A stretch of DNA of 64,000 nucleotides from a virus (lineage: Duplodnaviria > Caudoviricetes). The notes below the pieces were generated by a model. That model did no database searches. It saw only the letters and a list, made by a program, of their open reading frames with translations, and was not told the DNA's origin. Both the position numbers and the translations under genes were made by a program. The stretch spans positions 32,001-96,000 of the IMG/VR virus record IMGVR_UViG_3300029305_004606; one strand, given 5' to 3'. Every line of letters starts with the position of its first letter. Within the stretch, counting starts at the first letter, position 1. Shown one piece after another: positions 59,976 to 64,000 of the stretch.

Positions 59976-61536
59976 TGTCACGCTCACTTATCCTCATTCA
60001 GACGAATATGAATTTCTTACAAAGATTGAGATAATCGATTTGGATGCTGAGGCTAAGAAAGATATTGCTACTGGTGATGGTTTCTTAATTGGTAAACCTA
60101 AGAATAGCAATAAGAAAGATATGAAAGATATTAATGGTATTTATTCATCTAGATTCGGTCAGAAATTAGGTGATGTAAATCCATTCGCTGATAGATATAG
60201 CTGTGAATGTGGCTATACAACATCTCGTATTAATCATGGTATTGAATGCCCAATGTGTAAAACCAAGGTTAAGTATGTTGATGATAACTTCAAGATGTTT
60301 GGATGGATTGTATTAAAAGACGAATATCACATTATTCATCCTAAATTTTATGATGCTCTTGATTATATCTTCGGCGAATCAAAATATAACGAAGAAAGAA
60401 AGAAGATGAAAGGTGGTAGAAGATTAAAGAATATTCTTAACTATTCACCTGAAGTAGATCAACATGGTTTTGAAAAAGAATGTGCTTTTAAACCGGATAA
60501 AGAACCTTATTATGGTATTGGTATGATCGAATTCTATAATAGATTTGATGAAATATTACAGTATTATTATGGACTTAATCCAAAGAAGAAAGATTATTAT
60601 GACGAGATTATGGAATACAGACATCTTGTATTCTGTCATTCAATTCCTGTATTTACAACACATCTTCGTCCGGCAGATATTAGAGATTCTTATATGTACT
60701 TTGAACCTACAAATGGTATGTACAATATGATCAACAAGCATGTCCATAAGATCAATAAGAATACTCGTAAGATGGATAATAATATCAAGATTAAGAACAG
60801 TGAATTGTTCAAAGTACAGATGACTTATATGGAGCTTGTTAACGAAGTAATGAATATCTTAACAGGTAAACGTGGACAGTTAAGAAACTTGGTATCCGGT
60901 CGTTACAATTTCAGTTGTAGAGCAGTTATTAGACAGGATGCATCTTTAAGAGTAGATCAGGTTAAACTTCCTTATGTTGAGTTGTGTATTACATTACGTC
61001 AGCAGATTATCAATATACTGGTTAGAAACTATAATATATCTCCTTTGGAAGCTTATGATAAGTGGTATAAGGCTGTAGCAAAGAAAGATGATCGTGTAGC
61101 TGAGATTATTGATAATTTGATCCATGCAAATCCCGAAGGTTTACCTGTATTGATAAATCGAAATCCTACTATCAATTATGGATCTGTACTTCAGGTTTAT
61201 GTTGTGGGGTATACAGATACATTAACCATGTCAGTACCACTTCAGGCTATTAAGTCTATGGGTGCAGACTTTGATGGAGACGTACTCAATATTCTCCATA
61301 TTATTAATCAAGCATTTTATGAGAGATGCCGTATTGTATTCAATCCTCGTAATGCTATGTATATTTCTAGAATTGATGGTTATCTTAACAGTGATCTTAT
61401 TGTTCAGAGAGATACATTGATTAATGCTAATACTTTTGTTTATCTTGGTCGTAACAAATATAATCAAGCTCAGCTTGATAAAATTGCTGCTATTAAAGAA
61501 AAACAGAAAGTCTATTTCAAAGGCTATGATGAATAA
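59950..61536 (+). CDS. rpoC: phage RNA polymerase beta' N-terminal half carrying the catalytic aspartates
   Basis: YSCECG, CPMC, GKRGQLRNLVSGRYNFSCRAVI, NRNPTI, GADFDGD. Confidence 0.9.
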   Translation: MQQDNKQISVTLTYPHSDEYEFLTKIEIIDLDAEAKKDIATGDGFLIGKPKNSNKKDMKDINGIYSSRFGQKLGDVNPFADRYSCECGYTTSRINHGIECPMCKTKVKYVDDNFKMFGWIVLKDEYHIIHPKFYDALDYIFGESKYNEERKKMKGGRRLKNILNYSPEVDQHGFEKECAFKPDKEPYYGIGMIEFYNRFDEILQYYYGLNPKKKDYYDEIMEYRHLVFCHSIPVFTTHLRPADIRDSYMYFEPTNGMYNMINKHVHKINKNTRKMDNNIKIKNSELFKVQMTYMELVNEVMNILTGKRGQLRNLVSGRYNFSCRAVIRQDASLRVDQVKLPYVELCITLRQQIINILVRNYNISPLEAYDKWYKAVAKKDDRVAEIIDNLIHANPEGLPVLINRNPTINYGSVLQVYVVGYTDTLTMSVPLQAIKSMGADFDGDVLNILHIINQAFYERCRIVFNPRNAMYISRIDGYLNSDLIVQRDTLINANTFVYLGRNKYNQAQLDKIAAIKEKQKVYFKGYDE

Positions 61537-62147
61537 ATAACTATTAATATTCCCTAGAGGTATAAATCCACCTCTAGGGATTTTATATTATAGGAGGAAG
61601 ATTATAGAATGAGAAAATTCGAAGATGTTATAAATCATTTTTCTGTAATTGATTTAAGTGATGACTCTCTTCATGGTGAATTTACTAAAAAATTTGGTAT
61701 TCTTGCTAGTGATGAAAATGTATCTGATATTGAAGCTATTGATACTTATGTTACAATGAAAGTTGACAATAATGATGTGCATATTGATACTATATACCAG
61801 GATATTCATTATGATGGTATTGTTGTACAAACCGAAACAGGTGCTACGAATATAAAATCAGATGAAAAAGAAGATAATGCATTTGCATATATGAGATTTG
61901 AAAATATCGGTAAAGATGAACCTATAAATATTCATGTATCATCTATCTCTAATAAAAGTAGTAGTGAAGCTGGATTTGAACTTGCTGTAGCTGGATTTAA
62001 AGATATTAAAACTGTCATTTTAGGATTGAGAACAATTGCTGATAATTTAGAAGAACAGCTTGAAGTGGCAATCGAAGAAACTAAATAACTATTAATGTTC
62101 CCTAGAGGTATATTATACCTCTAGGGATTTATATTTTCTATAGGAGG
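61534..62147 (+). repeat. two ~65-bp direct repeats (61534-61597 and 62082-62147), each a hairpin plus RBS
   Basis: TAAATAACTATTAATRTTCCCTAGAGGTATA...ACCTCTAGGGATTT...TATAGGAGG occurs twice. Confidence 0.8.
61609..62088 (+). CDS. hypothetical protein flanked by direct repeats
   Basis: 159-aa ORF with AGGAGG RBS. Confidence 0.65.
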   Translation: MRKFEDVINHFSVIDLSDDSLHGEFTKKFGILASDENVSDIEAIDTYVTMKVDNNDVHIDTIYQDIHYDGIVVQTETGATNIKSDEKEDNAFAYMRFENIGKDEPINIHVSSISNKSSSEAGFELAVAGFKDIKTVILGLRTIADNLEEQLEVAIEETK

Positions 62148-62154
62148 TAACAAT

Positions 62155-62487
62155 ATGTTTCAGGTATTAGTACATGAAAAGAAATTAGAAGATGGTACAG
62201 AAATTTGTACATTTTCTAGAGAAATTGTATCTGCTAATATATTAGAAGTAGAGGCAGGTAGTAATGGTTATTATGGTGGAGATTCTGGTCACGGATCTAG
62301 AACTTATTTTAGAATTGAAGATCTTGCTAGTACAGATATGGAAGTTAATATTATTGATGCTGGTAATGGTCATGTAAAAGGTTTTGAAGTTACTCTTGGT
62401 GGCGATACAGAGTTGGAAACTATGATTAAAGCTTTGAAGTTCATTACACAGTGTCTCGAAGATGCGGCTAATGAAGTTGTTGATTAG
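62155..62487 (+). CDS. conserved-looking hypothetical phage protein
   Basis: 110-aa ORF; GSNGYYGGDSGHGSRTYF. Confidence 0.7.
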   Translation: MFQVLVHEKKLEDGTEICTFSREIVSANILEVEAGSNGYYGGDSGHGSRTYFRIEDLASTDMEVNIIDAGNGHVKGFEVTLGGDTELETMIKALKFITQCLEDAANEVVD

Positions 62488-62496
62488 GAGGTATTA

Positions 62497-63030
62497 ATGA
62501 AACTTGTTAACTTGTCAGCATACTTATTTGTCGAAAATGATAAACTTGCTCAATTAGAGAAAGAGTTTAATGAATTATTGGATAAATATTCAAATGATGA
62601 ATTAGATAATAATCGTAGATTTAATGTAAATCATGTGTGGGAGTTAGATGGTGATAAAGAACCTAGAAAATATAAACCTGGGCAGATTTATAAAATCAAA
62701 ACTAATATTAATCACTTACAAATGTATCTGATTATTTGGACTGTTAGTCATAATGTAGGTACAGTGATAGGTTCTTTTGCTTCTATTGATACGATAAATG
62801 AGATCAAGAAATCCAGAACTGGAAAATTTGAAACTAGAATAGAGCCGGCTTTAAAATTCATGCATCTCGATGAAAAAGATAATTTAATGTATGATATGGG
62901 TTATAAACAAGGTAGAGTAGGCTATGCTGGAGATTATCAACCTATAGATGAGTTTCTTGAATTTTATCAAGATTTAGATGAAAGAATTGTTAAGAATGTT
63001 GCAGCGAAAATATATAATAAAAGAATATGA
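62497..63030 (+). CDS. hypothetical protein
   Basis: 177-aa ORF with AGGAGG RBS. Confidence 0.65.
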   Translation: MKLVNLSAYLFVENDKLAQLEKEFNELLDKYSNDELDNNRRFNVNHVWELDGDKEPRKYKPGQIYKIKTNINHLQMYLIIWTVSHNVGTVIGSFASIDTINEIKKSRTGKFETRIEPALKFMHLDEKDNLMYDMGYKQGRVGYAGDYQPIDEFLEFYQDLDERIVKNVAAKIYNKRI

Positions 63031-63125
63031 TACTATAATAAATGCATAGTTATATTATTTCAATTATATATTATAAATATGATAACCATATAATTGTTAC
63101 CAAATGATAAGGAGGATATGATACT

Positions 63126-63716
63126 ATGAAAAACGAAGAACTTAAGAAATTGGCAATGTATAAGGTAGAAGGTAAGGATTTTACTGATGATGATTTTCTG
63201 GTATTTTTACATGTAGAAGATCATTCTGTTATTGTAATTGCGTTAACTGATGATGAAATTAATCAGATTAATTTGGCTGGATTGGAAGATTCTGTTCTGG
63301 ATATCAATGTTAATGATTCATTTATTCAGGAAAAGATTTTTGCTTTCGATGCTCTTGACGATAAACATGATCCGTTGGATGTAGATTCTATTGAGCAGTT
63401 AATAGAAGGTCAAATGTTCTATAGCGGCACTATAAATGAAGCAGGTATCGAAAAACTGGTAGGATTGATCAAAGACAATTATGTATCAAAAGTTTCAATT
63501 GAAGAGTTTGAAGATCAGGTGTTTGAAGTAGAAGGTGTAAGAATCAAAGTGACTGATCCGGATTCTGATGAAGAAGATTGGATTGACAAAGATTATGTAA
63601 TGATTGATGCTTATCCTTATACCCAGCCTATGGACGGTGAAGTAACAGTAGATGAATTAAGAAATGAGAGAATTCGTCCGCTGATTACAACCATTGTTCC
63701 CAAACATTGGTGGTAA
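63126..63716 (+). CDS. hypothetical acidic protein
   Basis: 196-aa ORF with class A promoter at 63064; terminator hairpin at 63730-63758. Confidence 0.65.
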   Translation: MKNEELKKLAMYKVEGKDFTDDDFLVFLHVEDHSVIVIALTDDEINQINLAGLEDSVLDINVNDSFIQEKIFAFDALDDKHDPLDVDSIEQLIEGQMFYSGTINEAGIEKLVGLIKDNYVSKVSIEEFEDQVFEVEGVRIKVTDPDSDEEDWIDKDYVMIDAYPYTQPMDGEVTVDELRNERIRPLITTIVPKHWW

Positions 63717-63792
63717 GTAATACCTATATACTCCTGGGATGATTTGTATCCCAGGAGTTAAAATTTTTATTTTTAAGATTGGAGGGACATTT

Positions 63793-64000
63793 ATGTCAAC
63801 TTGGAATAGTTGGAATACCATGGATTGTTCTACAGATACAATATTTGTAGCATTAGAAGAAGCAGAAAGAAAACTTGTAGAATCTGCAACAGTTTTAATG
63901 TGTCATCCTGAGGTTAAAGAAAAGATAATAGAGACCAAAGAGTATAAAGAAACAAATAATGTATATATTGTATGTTTTGATATATGTCCAAAAGATAAGG
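63793..64000 (+). CDS. partial hypothetical protein (runs off the window)
   Basis: GGAGG RBS; MSTWNSWNTMDCSTD... open to the window end. Confidence 0.55.
   Translation, partial: MSTWNSWNTMDCSTDTIFVALEEAERKLVESATVLMCHPEVKEKIIETKEYKETNNVYIVCFDICPKDK

Larger units (their letters stand above)
4433..63081 (+). promoter_or_regulatory. class A (putative early/virion-RNAP) promoter motif, dispersed
   Basis: TTATATAWTATAW-NNN-TG and close variants at 4433, 9944, 15904, 17646, 24862, 26767, 30205, 32692, 49416, 51514, 57970, 58824, 63064; all intergenic. Confidence 0.7.

Noticed and set aside
361-61467. Numerous 60-145 aa ORFs overlapping the large genes in other frames or strands (for example 3508, 19205, 23241, 40614, 55939)
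   Set aside because: They are shadow frames of well-supported genes, without RBS and with I/L/F-skewed composition.
1-64000. CRISPR array, tRNA or rRNA genes
   Set aside because: No regularly spaced repeats, cloverleaf/T-loop signatures or rRNA-like tracts were seen by eye.
1-64000. Chimallin (nuclear shell) or PhuZ tubulin
   Set aside because: No ORF showed a tubulin GGGTGS/T-type motif or a recognisable chimallin signature. A phage nucleus cannot be claimed from this window.
1-64000. Stop-codon reassignment
   Set aside because: Long conserved genes are intact under the standard code, and TAA, TAG and TGA all end genes. Read-through of the TAG at 58867 hits TAA immediately.

Overview
This AT-rich window (about 30% GC by eye) is almost entirely + strand. 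It is best read as the core replication and transcription region of a jumbo phage of the phiKZ/AR9(PBS1) supergroup. The host is probably an anaerobic Firmicute, inferred from strong AGGAGG ribosome-binding sites, NrdD/NrdG, DUF1653 and a Clostridia-type dUTPase. The window encodes four half-subunits of a multisubunit RNA polymerase (beta-N, beta-C, beta'-N, beta'-C) and a second, minus-strand beta C-terminal piece, probably from the virion RNAP. It also encodes a split family-B DNA polymerase (N-half only), DnaB, SF2 and RecD-like helicases, SbcC/SbcD, RecA, an NAD ligase, GyrB/GyrA, a tyrosine recombinase, dUTPase, dCMP deaminase and a class III ribonucleotide reductase. The most striking observation is a short peptide motif, about [ISEK]-[CSKN]-P-I-[E/S/V/I/T]-F ('PIEF'). 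It is grafted, usually in 2-3 tandem copies, onto tails or linkers of unrelated DNA-transaction enzymes: DnaB, SF2 helicase, DNA polymerase, ligase and three RNAP subunits. It may be a shared docking or compartment-targeting signal. Other findings are two phage promoter classes (TATAWTAT-N6-G and NACW-N6-TAAT), a third recurring motif ATGATACT, long G-U-rich hairpins, candidate small RNAs, two prion-like low-complexity proteins, repeat-flanked gene cassettes and several small ORFs missing from the ORF track. All calls are from motif recognition by eye; no searches were run.
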